Shown here piece after piece: positions 13,927 through 26,408 of a stretch of 64,000 bases of DNA. The DNA comes from Chara braunii (lineage: Eukaryota > Plantae > Charophyceae): the NCBI GenBank assembly GCA_003427395.1, contig BFEA01000026.1, positions 1,894,880 to 1,958,879 on the forward strand, written 5' to 3'. The first letter of the stretch is position 1. Every line of letters begins with the position of its first letter. The translations under genes were made by a program, and so were the position numbers. Under the pieces are notes generated by a model. That model did not search any database. It saw only the letters and a list, made by a program, of their open reading frames with translations, and had not been told where the DNA came from.

Positions 13927-14151
13927 CGTGTGTGTGTGACGATATATGGTTATATTGTCACATATCTATCAACTAAAAGAGCGCAATTTGTGAAACAAAT
14001 GCTGAAAATACAGAAGACAAAACATGAAGAGCAAAATGAAACTGTTATACATACATATGTATATGCCAGTATATGGACATGTGGTCACATCCCCTGTCTC
14101 TTGTCCTTTTTTCCCTTTCTTTCTACAGACCAGGGAGTTCTCAATGACTAT

Positions 14152-14270
14152 AGCCTCCTGACGACTGTGATGAGTCGGTGAAACTCCGACAAAACAGTTT
14201 GTCACAGCCCCTCAGTTGTTGCCCTCTGCTCCCTCTCTGCCTACGGTTTACCGGGCAGCTCTGTTTGACG
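14152..14270 (+). mobile_element. Hammerhead-bearing retroelement 3' end, degenerate core
   Basis: AGCCTC CTGACGA [extra CTGTGATGA] GTCGG TGAAACT CCGAC AAAA (G12 changed to A), then the shared tail ending CTGTTTGACG and (AT)n. Confidence 0.7.
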
Positions 14271-14414
14271 ATATATGCATAATGTATTTATAAATAATAA
14301 ACATATATACGACGTAATGTATATATGTATAATACTGTAATGTGTGTGTATAATACTATACATATACATACTGTTTGACGATATATATAATACAGTATTA
14401 ATACTATATATATA

Positions 14415-14560
14415 TTCAGCCTCCTGATGAGTCGGTGAAACTCCGACGAAACAGTTTGTCACAGCCCCTCGTTTGTTGTCCTCTTCTCTCTCTCTGCCTA
14501 CGGTTTTACCGGGCAGTTCTGTTTGTGACGATATATATCATCAAACAGAACTGCCCGGTA
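14415..14560 (+). ncRNA. 5'-truncated hammerhead ribozyme with intact catalytic core, in a retroelement 3' end followed by a short inverted terminal copy
   Basis: CTGATGA 14424-14430, stem II GTCGG/CCGAC, GAAA 14448-14451, CAGTTTG. The copy starts out of (TA)n inside loop 1. Inverted terminus TCAAACAGAACTGCCCGGTA at 14541-14560. Confidence 0.8.
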
Positions 14561-15325
14561 CGATATATATAAATACCCCAATGGCTACTCGCTTACCAAA
14601 GGTATCTGTTGTGCACTTAATATGGCAATTGTGATGTTCGCGAAGATTTTGGAGGAAGTGGTGACCTTGTATACTTCATTATATATCTTCCCTGCAATCT
14701 CTCTGCCACTGCGATTCCGATTGTCAGATGTTTACCAAAGGCATCTGTGATGTGCATAGCCGCGGCTGCTGCGATGTTGTCCGGGGCTTTTCTGGAGAAA
14801 GGGGACTCCATAATGATTCTCCACTGGCATTGTGTGCCACCGCTGTTTTCCTTTCTTTGCTCGAAGTCTAGAATGCCCAAAAGAGAATCTTTAGTCTATA
14901 TGGCTCAAAGGAGCCTCTTCAACCCCTAGGGCAGTCACCAGTGAGTTTATTGTGCACCACTGCTCATGCCAACTGAAAATAATAATACTTCACTGACCAT
15001 CCAAGGCCTCCGCTGGTGCAGGAGGCGGCCACAATTTGGATGTGCTGGTCCCCCTATAACCCCCTATAACCAGTGACCCTCGTTTGTTGGCTAGAGTGAG
15101 CAGAATGTCTCCATATACTGGTGAGGTGATGCTCCCCACCAATAGATGGTGCCAAAAAAAAAAAAAAAAAAAAAAAAAAGTTTGTTGGTCCAACCATTCC
15201 ACGAGTCCATGGTCCTGAAAAACGGACTAATGTTCTCTCTCCAACAGTAACTCCTTAAAATTGAAGTGAACTTTACCAGTAAGACTTTGTGTATGTCACA
15301 GACACAGTGTGTGTGTGTGTGTGTG

Positions 15326-15422
<97 letters not shown>

Positions 15423-17949
15423 TTTCCCCAACATAGCGCTTCTTGAATCCTGATAGTTAATGTACACAAGGCACCAGATTCTTTCCGGTTCAGTACAGTG
15501 ACTACAGTCACAATGAGGGTGCATTGTGTTCTGGGGAGGACGGTAGGTGTTGTAGGGAAACATCTACCTGTTCTTCACCGTCCGACTCCCAGTAGAACTT
15601 GAATGGCACCTTCAACGTCTCCAAGTCCATAGAGGTGATTCCTCTCCTAGACCACCTCAGCAAGGTGATTAGAACAGTCCCGCCTCTCCTCCCTTCAAAC
15701 ATCCCCTGCAGTGTCTGAACGCAGACATAGCATGCACAATTTGCTACGGAGGAAGTTATGATGAATGTGTGGCATTGCTCTCCTGAAGTGAGCCACCTCC
15801 GATTGTCCTTGCCTGTATCTGGCACGAATGCATCTGTAACGTTTCCTAGAGCTTCGCAGTGTTCGGCCATGCTTCACGCTTCGTGACAGCACAGACAACC
15901 GCCTTTCTCGTGCGCATACTCGCCGCCTCTTCCAGATGGCCGCAAGCAGTTTGTCTGCCATGGTTGCTTTTTCCAGGGCATGGTCTGAGACTCTGAGTCA
16001 GGCTCAGTCAGCTGCTGGAAAACGACTGCTGCTTCCAATGAAATTTCTACGCCTTGTACGTTTGGTTTACCCTCAGTCTCCTCAGACTGTCATCATCCAC
16101 ACGTTCAATCAACTGCATTCCTGCAACATTAGCCGGGAATGTTGCTCTAACCCCTAGCCCCTGGCACCCTGCTTTCCACAAATTCTCATGCTTTTCTTTT
16201 CCCTGCCCTTGCCGGTTTCCTGTCTGGTCTCCTTCTTCTCAGTGGGGTGCAAGTGTGCTCCTAGAAAACAGAGGATTGATTGTGTGAGCAGTTGCTGAGC
16301 AATTGCACCAGCATGGCAACCTTTTACGGTTGTAATTGGTCCTAGTCTGGTAAGAGACAAAAAGAGATTATAAAGTAAAAGAAAAGGTAAGGAAGGAGAA
16401 GAAGAAAAAAGGAAATGCAAGGGTGGACTGCCTCTCTCTCTCTCTCTCTCTCTGTGCAATTGTGCTGGTTTGTAGCTCAGCAGCAATATAAATATGTAAA
16501 CAGAGGGATCTCGTGGAAGTGGTCGATGTCCATTGGGATCATCAAGTCTTTGGGAAATCCTGTGGAGGGGGGTGTCAAGATTTCCTTCCTGGTCCAGTAC
16601 AGTCATACTGAGGGTGTGTTGTGTTGGGGAAAAGACGGTAGGCAGGTTTTGTCAGGCAGGAAGATGCCAGCGCTCTCTGAGAGGCACATGTTGGCATGCA
16701 AGTTACGGTAACTTCATTGTATGCGTCGAAGCACCGGAAAGTGGGAACCCCTGTGCCTGCAAGTGCCAGTGTGCGTGCTTGCTATGGCACACGGGCAAGT
16801 TGAGCTTGAATTGCACTTTAACACGTTAAGCATAAGATGGTGCTGTGTCAAGTGCATGCTCTGTGTCAAGTGCATGTTGTTATCCAGGGAGGGGCTACCA
16901 CTCTGTCCGCCCGGCCTAACCAGTCACCGACTCACCGCCCTCTTCCCAACTAGCGGTAGTTTGAACTGGTTTCTTGGAGTGTCTCCCTCGATCGCTCCTG
17001 CAAGAGGTCACCCACTGCAGTCAGCTAGACCGGGGGTCCACTCCAGGAGCCTGTGTCGTACACCACACCCCCAACAAACCGCGTTCCATAGCTAGGAATA
17101 GCACTAACGGCCTCTGGTCTCAGATCAGACCCAACAATAGACGGACCGTCGGACACCAACCCCGATATCTCCTTTGCAGTGCCGTAAACCTAACTGCCCA
17201 ACCTATGGCTACCGTCCCACGCCCTCTCCATTGCCAGCCTCAACCCCAGGACCCGGTATTCCATCTTTCAGAGTCTCCCAAGCGGCCAAGCCTCTTCTGC
17301 CATCACCCCCACTCCGTTGGCCTCTTCCTTGTCGGAGCACTCCATGCAACACCCAAAACCCTTTTTCAAACCCAGAACACCAGCACCAGCAGTCAGACAG
17401 TGAAAACCGCAAAACGTGCAAAAACAGACAACAACAAGCCAAGCCAAAGCTGGGTAATGGCCCCAGTACACCGGGCTGAGATGTGGAGGGATTCCCGGCC
17501 TCCTTTTGCAAAAAAAAACAAAAAAAACAAGGGAGAAAACAAATGATGCACCCAAAAGAAGGGGTCCCACTGCCAGGAAGCCACCGAACAGCGCAATTAT
17601 AGAGCAGAGTCAGTCAAAGCTACCATTTTATCAAACTATGTCGTCTCTAACTGGTCTCTTCAGCTAAGAGGAAACCACAGGTGTCGAACATTTCATGAGT
17701 TCTCTAAACTCATGCTGCACATTGCACTCATTCAAATGAAGACATTCAAAATGAATGAAATAAAATTAAATTAATTAATAAATGCATACTATGTCCAGCA
17801 GGCAGGGGACTATCAGTTGTATCAGTTCACTCTGAAGCACTGGGTCTTTAGGGTTTCAAAACATGCCGTGTCCGCCGTTTTTTGTTTTTTTTTTGTTTTT
17901 TTTTTGTTTTTTTTTGTTTTTTTTAAGCTTCGATGCACTGCAAGGGGGT

Positions 17950-19480
17950 GATGACAGATTGCTAGAATTGTAAGCCCCCACATAACCATTGGAAAAGAAG
18001 GAAGAAAAAGGGGCAGATGTAGTAGATCCCCCTGATCTGAAAACCCTTAAGACTTCTTTGCCCCGGACTGCACAGGTGCCACTACAGTAATGCATCCCCA
18101 CTTCATTTCATTCTTTTGCCCTGGTCTCAGGGCGGTAGGGCCCTTGAAAAATGGCACCCACAACCTGGAAAAAGGGAACTATCGGCCTGAGACGGGGGTG
18201 AAAGAATGAAACAAATTCCTTTGGGGGCCAGATTATGGAACCTGCCCAGTTTCGGGGCAAAGTAGTGCAAAGGGTTTTGGGCAGGGGTCATTTTAGGGCT
18301 GGATGCCACAGGCTCGCGGTATCTTTGCGCCTGGTAAGCATCCGCCAGCACAAATCGTAGCCGTCGGGAATGGGCAAGAGAAAAGGGACTCCGCTGTGAT
18401 AGCAAATTTTGGCGGGTTTAGGTTTCCAGATCAGGAAGACTTGCCCTATTGGGCAAGTGTGCCTCCTCTTGTTCAGCGCACCGTCCAATCCCTGTGCCTC
18501 CGTTTCCCACGGGATGGCTGAATCAAGACGGTAGCCTCGGGGCTACCATGTTGTTTTGCCACAATATTTCGGAAATTGGAGTGCCACGGAGGAATTTCCC
18601 ATCATGACCCTATGTGAAAACGTCCACCCAAAGTTTTCCTGGCTGCTCTCTGCGCCCTGTGGGTTCTGAAAAAAAACCTCTGTGCCAATCCATACGCTTT
18701 TCCACATGCCTATGGGGTCGAGACCTTAGACTACTCCTTTTCGGTAAAAGAACAAAATGTTGCTGTCACTTCATGCCACTGCAGGCGCAGGTAACGTCTG
18801 GCTGTTGATGTTTACGACAAGGTTGGACGAAAAGTTGAAAACTACTTGCAAAAGGATTATTTATCATCTGGGGAATCTTCTGCCTCGTGCAAAAAAAAAA
18901 AAAAAAAAAAAAAACTGAAAAAGTGAAAATGCGAAATCAAAATGTTCTGGTAAGCCTTTCCCAGTTTCTTATCTTCGGAATCTGTCCTCCTGTTCTGCAG
19001 CTTCCGCTAATGTTCCGCATTTTTTTTGCGAATGCTCTCTCACCCCAAGGCCAAGGGCCCTGCCACACCACTCTCCAAACCTTGAAAATTTTCAAGGCTC
19101 AAGAGGTGTCAGAAGAATCCGACAACCCTGTTTTTGAGAGTTTTGGGCCCTTCGCCATAGAGTCCTCTCGGAACAGCGGCTCTCCAGCTTGGAAATAACT
19201 TTTGAATGCATCTGTCCAAAAAAACTGGCCTGTGTCATCTTGACACCGCTCAGATAACGAAGTGGTCGTCGACTCTTCGAGTGTTGGGCAGAGGACTCTC
19301 AAAACCTTGCTACGTGCAGGCTTGGGCCGAAGGTGGATTTTGAGAGGGCGGCGCAAAAGGTGCTTTTTGACCCCTCAAATTCAATTTGTTCTTTTCGCTC
19401 CAACTTTGAGAGGTAGTGTGGAGAAGTTACAATGTATCTTGTCATATACCTACTCAACAAACAGGGCATTGCAATCTCTA
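17950..19480 (-). mobile_element. Heavily decayed L1-like reverse transcriptase region
   Basis: Motif remnants in the expected order on the minus strand: ALFVE*VYDKIHCNF (cf. DFEKAYDRV-W-FL), GQFF..QAGEPL (cf. RQGDPL), PDD (cf. YADD), NLVVNIN (cf. GL-VN). Recognised by eye only. Confidence 0.45.
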
Positions 19481-19486
19481 TGTATA

Positions 19487-21214
19487 GGGCCTCGTTAGAC
19501 CCTCCTTGGAAATCCGATTTTTAGGAAATTGGCGTAGTTACACCGCATTCTAATTCACCAAATTCCTTGAATGAATGTGAAAACGCTCCCGAGAGATTTC
19601 CTTGGATTCCTCAGAATCCCCAGCCAAAACGTCCTTGGATTCAAGGGGTCCTCGCGAGGTCCCTTGGGTTCAAGGAGCCGCAATTGATGGAGTGTTCTGG
19701 AGTGAGCTCTGACAGGAAAATTTGGAGTCCATGTTGGTGCACAGGTCGTCCGTGGTCCATTGGGCGGACATCCCCGGCCTCCAATACCCGACGGGCCCCC
19801 AACGGCCTTCCACCGTTACCGTTGGCGTGGAAATGTGTGGGGGTGGTTCTTCAGCTGCAAGGCGCTTCACGAAGCAGGGTTTTCCATGCGCGCATCGTCG
19901 GCCATGGTGTCCAACGGTCAATTTTTTTTTATTTTTTCACAAGTGATGTTGAAGCACTGTCGGTCGATTGCAGTCATCTTCCTAGCGTGTTTTGCCGGCT
20001 ATTGCCGGGCGCATTCATGCAAGCTTTGTTTGGTACATGCCTCGCATGCTGTGATTCATGGCAGACGTCCTCCGGCGGTTCCCGCTCCTGCTGCCGGCCA
20101 CTCTTCTCCTGCTCCTTGTCGTGTTGTTCCACATGTGCGTCGTTGTGCGGGGTCCTGGCAGCAGACCGAAACGATGAACGGTGAGGAAGACCACGATGGA
20201 CAGGCTGGAAACCTCCAGCAGACAGCCGACGCGCGCCATTGACTAGTCTACTCCGCAGCTTCTCCTTGTAGTAGCCCTCCGCCACGCCGCCTGTTGGAGA
20301 TCCTCCCATGTCCCTCCCGTCCTTCTCCTCATCCACCATCTCGGCGTCGCCCGTGGGATCACACCCGATGCCATGGCGCCGCAGAATTGCACAATGGATT
20401 TCGATAGCGACACACAATCAGGTGCATCTATCACTTGTTACATCAGCTGCCTCTGCCTGCGAACGAACAATCTCATCCTCAGGCGAGTTGTGGTTCTCTC
20501 AATGCGATAATGCATGGCGACGATTGACACAACTGCGACCACCGTGTTTCTCTCCAATGTCGTTAATGCCTTCGCAGAGCTCTCGTTCCATCGTCAGGAC
20601 TTGCGGCAAGCACCCACCACTCGTTCGCCCGCCGGCGCCCTCGCTGTACCTTCTGCACGTCCATGGGGACCATGCTCGCACTCTGCACGTTTCACGGAAG
20701 CGTTACGTTCGCACAAGCTGTGACGGCCCGAAGAGCATGCGGAACACAAAGGCGATGTCGCAGTAGAGAACCGTTACGCATACATGCTATGTCGCCCAAC
20801 ATTCCAATGCCCTCCTTTTAAGCCATGGCCACCATCACTCCTCCGCACAGATGTTTTGCCCAGTCTCCAGTCCAGTCGCGAGGACACCTCATGCACGGAT
20901 GTGTTACAACGGAGGGTTCAAAAATTGAAATTGGAACGGGGGTGTTGGGGCCCTTTTTCTTCGTCAGCCTGGTAGGCCTCCCCGCCGCCGCCACTGGACC
21001 ACGCCCAAGGACGCACGGACATCCCAGCACGATGACGGACATCCACCCCCGCGGCTGCGTGTATGCGTATGAAATTGGCCACTGGAGACCTCCAAGGGTT
21101 TTCCTTGGGACCCATTGAATTAGGATGCGGTGTAACGACGACGGCGAAAACCGGAAAATTTTCCAAGGACTTCATCCTAATTCCTGAGGATTTTCCAAGG
21201 GTCTAACGAGGCCC
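19487..21214 (-). mobile_element. PIF/Harbinger deletion derivative with transposase relic
   Basis: 16-bp perfect TIR GGGCCTCGTTAGACCC. Internal minus-strand peptides PRWWMRRRTGGTWEDL and YYKEKLR resemble the N-terminal part of Harbinger (DDE_Tnp_4/ALP1-like) transposases. Flanks ATA/ATG are an imperfect 3-bp TSD. Confidence 0.75.
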
Positions 21215-21455
21215 ATGTACTGAATGACGATATACACTAGGTACATGTTTACATATATCTATCATGTCCTGATTTGTCTGCTGTTGTTGGCTCCCGCTCT
21301 GTCAAACGTTCACTGCTGGGTGTTTTTTTTTCAAGCAATTTGTGGCAAATATGTATGATTATTATCTGTGTAGCCCACCTCAAGGTATCAGTTGTCGGGT
21401 AGTCGTTGATGCTTAACCACAGCTGGGGTTAAGGTGGTTTACAGTGTAATCAGTT

Positions 21456-21535
21456 AGGGGATTCTGCAGACTGTTGAGGGTTCAGCCTCCTGACGAGTCG
21501 GTGAAACTCCGATGAAACACTTTGCCACAGCCCCT
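21456..21535 (+). ncRNA. Complete type III hammerhead ribozyme fold, slightly degenerate
   Basis: Stem III GCAGACUGU/ACACUUUGC (one C-C mismatch) with outer AGGGG/CCCCU. Cleavage triplet GUU 21473-21475, stem I GAGG/CCUC, CUGACGA 21490-21496, stem II GUCGG/CCGAU, GAAA 21514-21517. Confidence 0.8.
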
Positions 21536-22140
21536 CGTTTGTTGTCCTCTTCTCCCTCTCTGCCTACGGTGCTATTTATTTTTTTAAGAAAAATATATTA
21601 AAAAAACTCGGCCACCCATGACCGGCCGCGGTAGACCTCGACGGTCAGGTTCTCGACTGGTCGGGCGGATTTGGCCCTGCGGTCATGACCACGGGGGATA
21701 CATAAAGTGAGTTCGTATTGAGTTTTTGTGTAGATTTTGGCGGCCTGCATATCCAGCAAAAAAAAAGGAGGCCTGTATTATGCTGTTGTCAGGTCGTCGA
21801 GGCTGGGGGAGATTTGGCAGCCTGCTTCAGAAACCCGGAAAACAAAGCTACAGCGCCCTTATTTTCTGTTTACGCCCCTCCCCCCCCCCCCCCCCCCCCC
21901 AGTGCGCCCGTTCGCGAGCCAGACCTCTCCACCCCATTGCTGCCTTCTGTTCTCATGGTGTCGTCGTGAGACCTGCCCTCTGCACTAGGCGGGAATCCTT
22001 TGCCACCCCCGCACTGCTGCCCCCGTCCCTTTTTTTCCCCCCCCCCCCCCCCCCCCCCCCCCTCCCCGGCCCCTTTCCCGCCTTAACCTCCCAAAGAAAA
22101 CAAAGAACGAGAACTGCGTAGGAACAAAATAACCGGGAAC

Positions 22141-23845
22141 TGCACTGGTGGTTTAAACCACCAATACTTCTCAGGCACTTTTCTCCGACCCTGGGGTTGC
22201 CCTGTGCGCCAAACAACGAACCTGCGCGGGCCGTTGATGGATTTTATCAACGGCCTTGAAGGCCCCAAAAATTGTGGCGCGTGCACGACAAGGGCCCACG
22301 GCCGATGCATGGGCGAAGTACTGGTGGTTTGACAAGAGAAAGAATGAAACACGAAAAGGTTTCATGGAGGTTAGCGAGAGCTTGATTAGAATCAGAGAAT
22401 CTTCACAGATTGAGGTTCACTGTTGAACCTCTTTCAAAAATGAAGGGGAAAAAAGGAAGGTTGATGTTAATTGATAGCCCCATTTGATCTTTTTTTCCGA
22501 TCTTTTTTCTTTTTCTTTTTTCTTTTTGAGACCTACTTTCTTAGCTGGCATCACAGTGAGATGGAAGTGGTTTTCACCATCATAACATAGGGACCAGACA
22601 GTCTCGACCAGACTGTTTTGCATTATGAGAGGACCGTAGGCTACCAATAGTGCAGGGCACATAACAGTTCCTTTAAACCACTAGTACACGGCCCCAGCCT
22701 TGCAGAAAGTTTTTGACGCCACAAGCAAAACTCGGAGGCGCCACGCGGCCAGGCCCGCCGTTGAAAAAAAAAAATGGCGGCCTGTGCGGGTTTCATGCTG
22801 ACACCCGCGGGCCAATATGTGGAGTACCGGTGCTTCAAACCATCAGTACCTCACCCAGCTATCAAAGCCGGGCCTAAAAATGCCCTGCGCACCAAAACAA
22901 AATGAAGCGGCAAGGGCCGTAACAGCGTTTTCGTTATTTCGAGTTCTTTTAGACCATCCGTACCTCAACCCAGCTATCTAAGCCGAGCCTGAAAATGCCC
23001 TGTGTAGTGTGCACCAAAAGAACAAGAACCGGCATGGGCTGCATTTTGGCTGCCACCGCCAGCCCATTTCGGTCCGGTACCCCGACCCCCGAAAGTTGCG
23101 ACCGTATACGAGCTGCATACTTGTTTTTCAAGCGGGGAAAGGTACAGGTGGTTTAACTTCAACACATGGTATTCTTCTGGAGGCTCAGCCAACAGAGCGG
23201 AAAAGGCTGATGGTGCCAGGGAAAAAGATGGGATTTCATGCCAGTGCCAGTTCAGTAGAACTTGGCGTGCACCAGAAATTGGCCTTGGAAAAAAGAGGCT
23301 CGGATGGACTGTCAGCTTTAGTTCATATTATTAAACCTCCAGTACTTAGTCCATACATCAGCCGCTGGAAAAAATAGACTCAAAGCATTTCTAGTCGGAA
23401 GAATTTGGGCGTTCCCCAAGTGGCCTGTTCGTTCATCATTGCCATGGCTTGTTAACCGCGTGAATTAAGAGGTGCTGGTCGTTTAAGCCACCAGTACTTG
23501 GCTCAGCTATCGGCTGCGGAAAAAAACAGAGTAGAAACGTTTCTAGTCGGATGAATTTGGTCGCTCCTGTAGTAGTTCGTACGTTTCCTAAAACTGTCGC
23601 GCGTTAACGGGCACGACTCTAGGAAGTACTGGTGGTACTGGTGGTTTAAACCACCAGTACTTGGCCCAGCTATCGGTCGCGGGCTTGCCCGTTAACGCGC
23701 CGCAGCATCAGGAGGTCGGCCGATAGCAGCGCCCGGTAGTCCAGCAAAGGCCGGGCTCAGCCACTTTCGAGATGACACTCCCGACAGCAAAAAAAAAACC
23801 AAAAAAAACAAAACAAAAAAGAAGACTTACTAAAGAAACAAAACA

Positions 23846-23917
<72 letters not shown>

Positions 23918-25541
23918 NNNNNNNNNNNNNNNNNNNNNNNNNNNNNNNNNNNNNNNNNNNNNNNNNNNNNNNNNNNNNNNNNNNNNNNNNNNNNNNNNNN
24001 NNNNNNNNNNNNNNNNNNNNNNNNNNNNNNNNNNNNNNNNNNNNNNNNNNNNNNNNNNNNNNNNNNNNNNNNNNNNNNNNNNNNNNNNNNNNNNNNNNNN
24101 NNNNNNNNNNNNNNNNNNNNNNNNNNNNNNNNNNNNNNNNNNNNNNNNNNNNNNNNNNNNNNNNNNNNNNNNNNNNNNNNNNNNNNNNNNNNNNNNNNNN
24201 NNNNNNNNNNNNNNNNNNNNNNNNNNNNNNNNNNNNNNNNNNNNNNNNNNNNNNNNNNNNNNNNNNNNNNNNNNNNNNNNNNNNNNNNNNNNNNNNNNNN
24301 NNNNNNNNNNNNNNTTTTTTCTTTTTTTTTTTCCTTCGTTTTTTTTTTTGTTTTTCTTTTGCTTGTCTTATTTCTTTTTCTCCGATCTCGTTTCCATTTT
24401 TTGGGGATACCAGCAGACTGACGTTTGGGAACTCCACGCCCGGTAGTCTGAGCCTCAGCACGGCTCGCGTACCGGTCGGCCGAGGCTCGGAATTGATAGC
24501 TGGGCCAAGTACTGGTGGTTTAAGGGGCAAGTACGTTGATGTCGCTTTCGAGTTTTGGACGTGAAAAGAAAACACGAGCCCGCAAAGAAAACAGCTGCCG
24601 AGCCTGCCATATTCGGAAAAGCAATGAAAGTACCACGACCGTCACAGAGGCATGGGTATCATAACTACAGGGGTTGGCTGTGGTGTCAGCCGGGGGGAAA
24701 AAAAAACAAAAAAAAGACCCCAAGTTCCGCCCAACGGATCCTTTTCTGCTGAACTTGCCGTTGCAAACTCGCGCCGTGATAACTTTGGAAGCGTGTGTTT
24801 TTTTTGCCTTTCCGAACTCAAAACCTTCCCTGTCCATATTTGTTTCTATTATTATTTTTTTTCTATTTATTTAGCCTAGGTGGGGTCTGGCCCCACACAT
24901 TTCACTGTTTGCTGCTGTGTACAGGATTGTATCATCCATTGGCGAAGACTCTTTCTTGATTTTTTTAATCCGTTTTTCCCCTTCTACTTTTCTCGTGGGA
25001 GAAGATGAGTGCTGTTCAGAATCTTGGTTCATGGGGTTGTTCTAGTTATTTCATATCTGCCCTTCGCTCGAGCTCAGCATAGCATGAGTACAGATCAATT
25101 GATGTTGTCGCTCAGTAGGTTAAACCGCCAGTACCTTTCTCAGCTGTCGGTGCCGAGCCTAAATACGAAGAGATGCGCTATAGAATTTGGATGGTGCCTC
25201 GAGCCCGGTAGTGCCAAGGCTGCCCCCCCCCCGGTGTTAACCGGCGGGCATTTGTTTTTCAAGCGGGGAAAGGCACTGGTGGTTTAAACCACCAGTACCT
25301 ACCGGTAGCCCGGTCATTCCCGAGCCTCGGACTTTATTGCCGAGCCTCAGACAACCGGTAGGACACAACAAAAAAAAGAAAAGGAAAAAAAAAACATACA
25401 ACATTCTGCAAAAAAAAACAAAAAAAAAACGAAATCAGACCTTTCCAACGAGAATGAATCTTCCTCGATAAAGAGGAAGATTCATTCTCGTGAGAGAGAG
25501 AGAGAGAGAGGGCCTCAGCCAGTGTCCGACGCCGAGTTTGG

Positions 25542-25604
<63 letters not shown>

Positions 25605-26408
25605 CGTCAGCCANNNNNNNNNNNNNNNNNNNNNNNNNNNNNNNNNNNNNNNNNNNNNNNNNNNNNNNNNNNNNNNNNNNNNNNNNNNNNNNNNNNNNNN
25701 NNNNNNNNNNNNNNNNNNNNNNNNNNNNNNNNNNNNNNNNNNNNNNNNNNNNNNNNNNNNNNNNNNNNNNNNNNNNNNNNNNNNNNNNNNNNNNNNNNNN
25801 NNNNNNNNNNNNNNNNNNNNNNNNNNNNNNNNNNNNNNNNNNNNNNNNNNNNNNNNNNNNNNNNNNNNNNNNNNNNNNNNNNNNNNNNNNNNNNNNNNNN
25901 NNNNNNNNNNNNNNNNNNNNNNNNNNNNNNNNNNNNNNNNNNNNNNNNNNNNNNNNNNNNNNNNNNNNNNNNNNNNNNNNNNNNNNNNNNNNNNNNNNNN
26001 NNNNNNNNNNNNNNNNNNNNNNNNNNNNNNNNNNNNNNNNNNNNNNNNNNNNNNNNNNNNNNNNNNNNNNNNNNNNNNNNNNNNNNNNNNNNNNNNNNNN
26101 NNNNNNNNNNNNNNNNNNNNNNNNNNNNNNNNNNNNNNNNNNNNNNNNNNNNNNNNNNNNNNNNNNNNNNNNNNNNNNNNNNNNNNNNNNNNNNNNNNNN
26201 NNNNNNNNNNNNNNNNNNNNNNNNNNNNNNNNNNNNNNNNNNNNNNNNNNNNNNNNNNNNNNNNNNNNTTTTTTTTTTTTTTTTTTTTTTTTTTTTGGGG
26301 CCCGTTTTTTGGGGACTACCGGTCACATGCCGGTGGGTATCCCGCACGATGCGGCGCGTTAACGGCTGCGTCGAAATCTTCAAGCAGGGAGAGGTACTGG
26401 TGGTTTAA
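22141..26408. mobile_element. Cluster and chains of TTAA-flanked ACCACCAGTAC-TIR MITEs
   Basis: Units 22157-22328, 22677-22834, 22839-23152, 23335-23482, 23487-23645, 23650-24519, 25124-25283 and 25288-26404. Adjacent units share one TTAA (TCAA at 22835). Confidence 0.8.

Noticed and set aside
22141-26408. CRISPR array (palindromic repeat with distinct spacers)
   Set aside because: Eukaryotic context, no cas genes, and the spacers are 150 bp or longer and recur elsewhere. A solo unit with a TTAA TSD shows these are abutting transposon ends.
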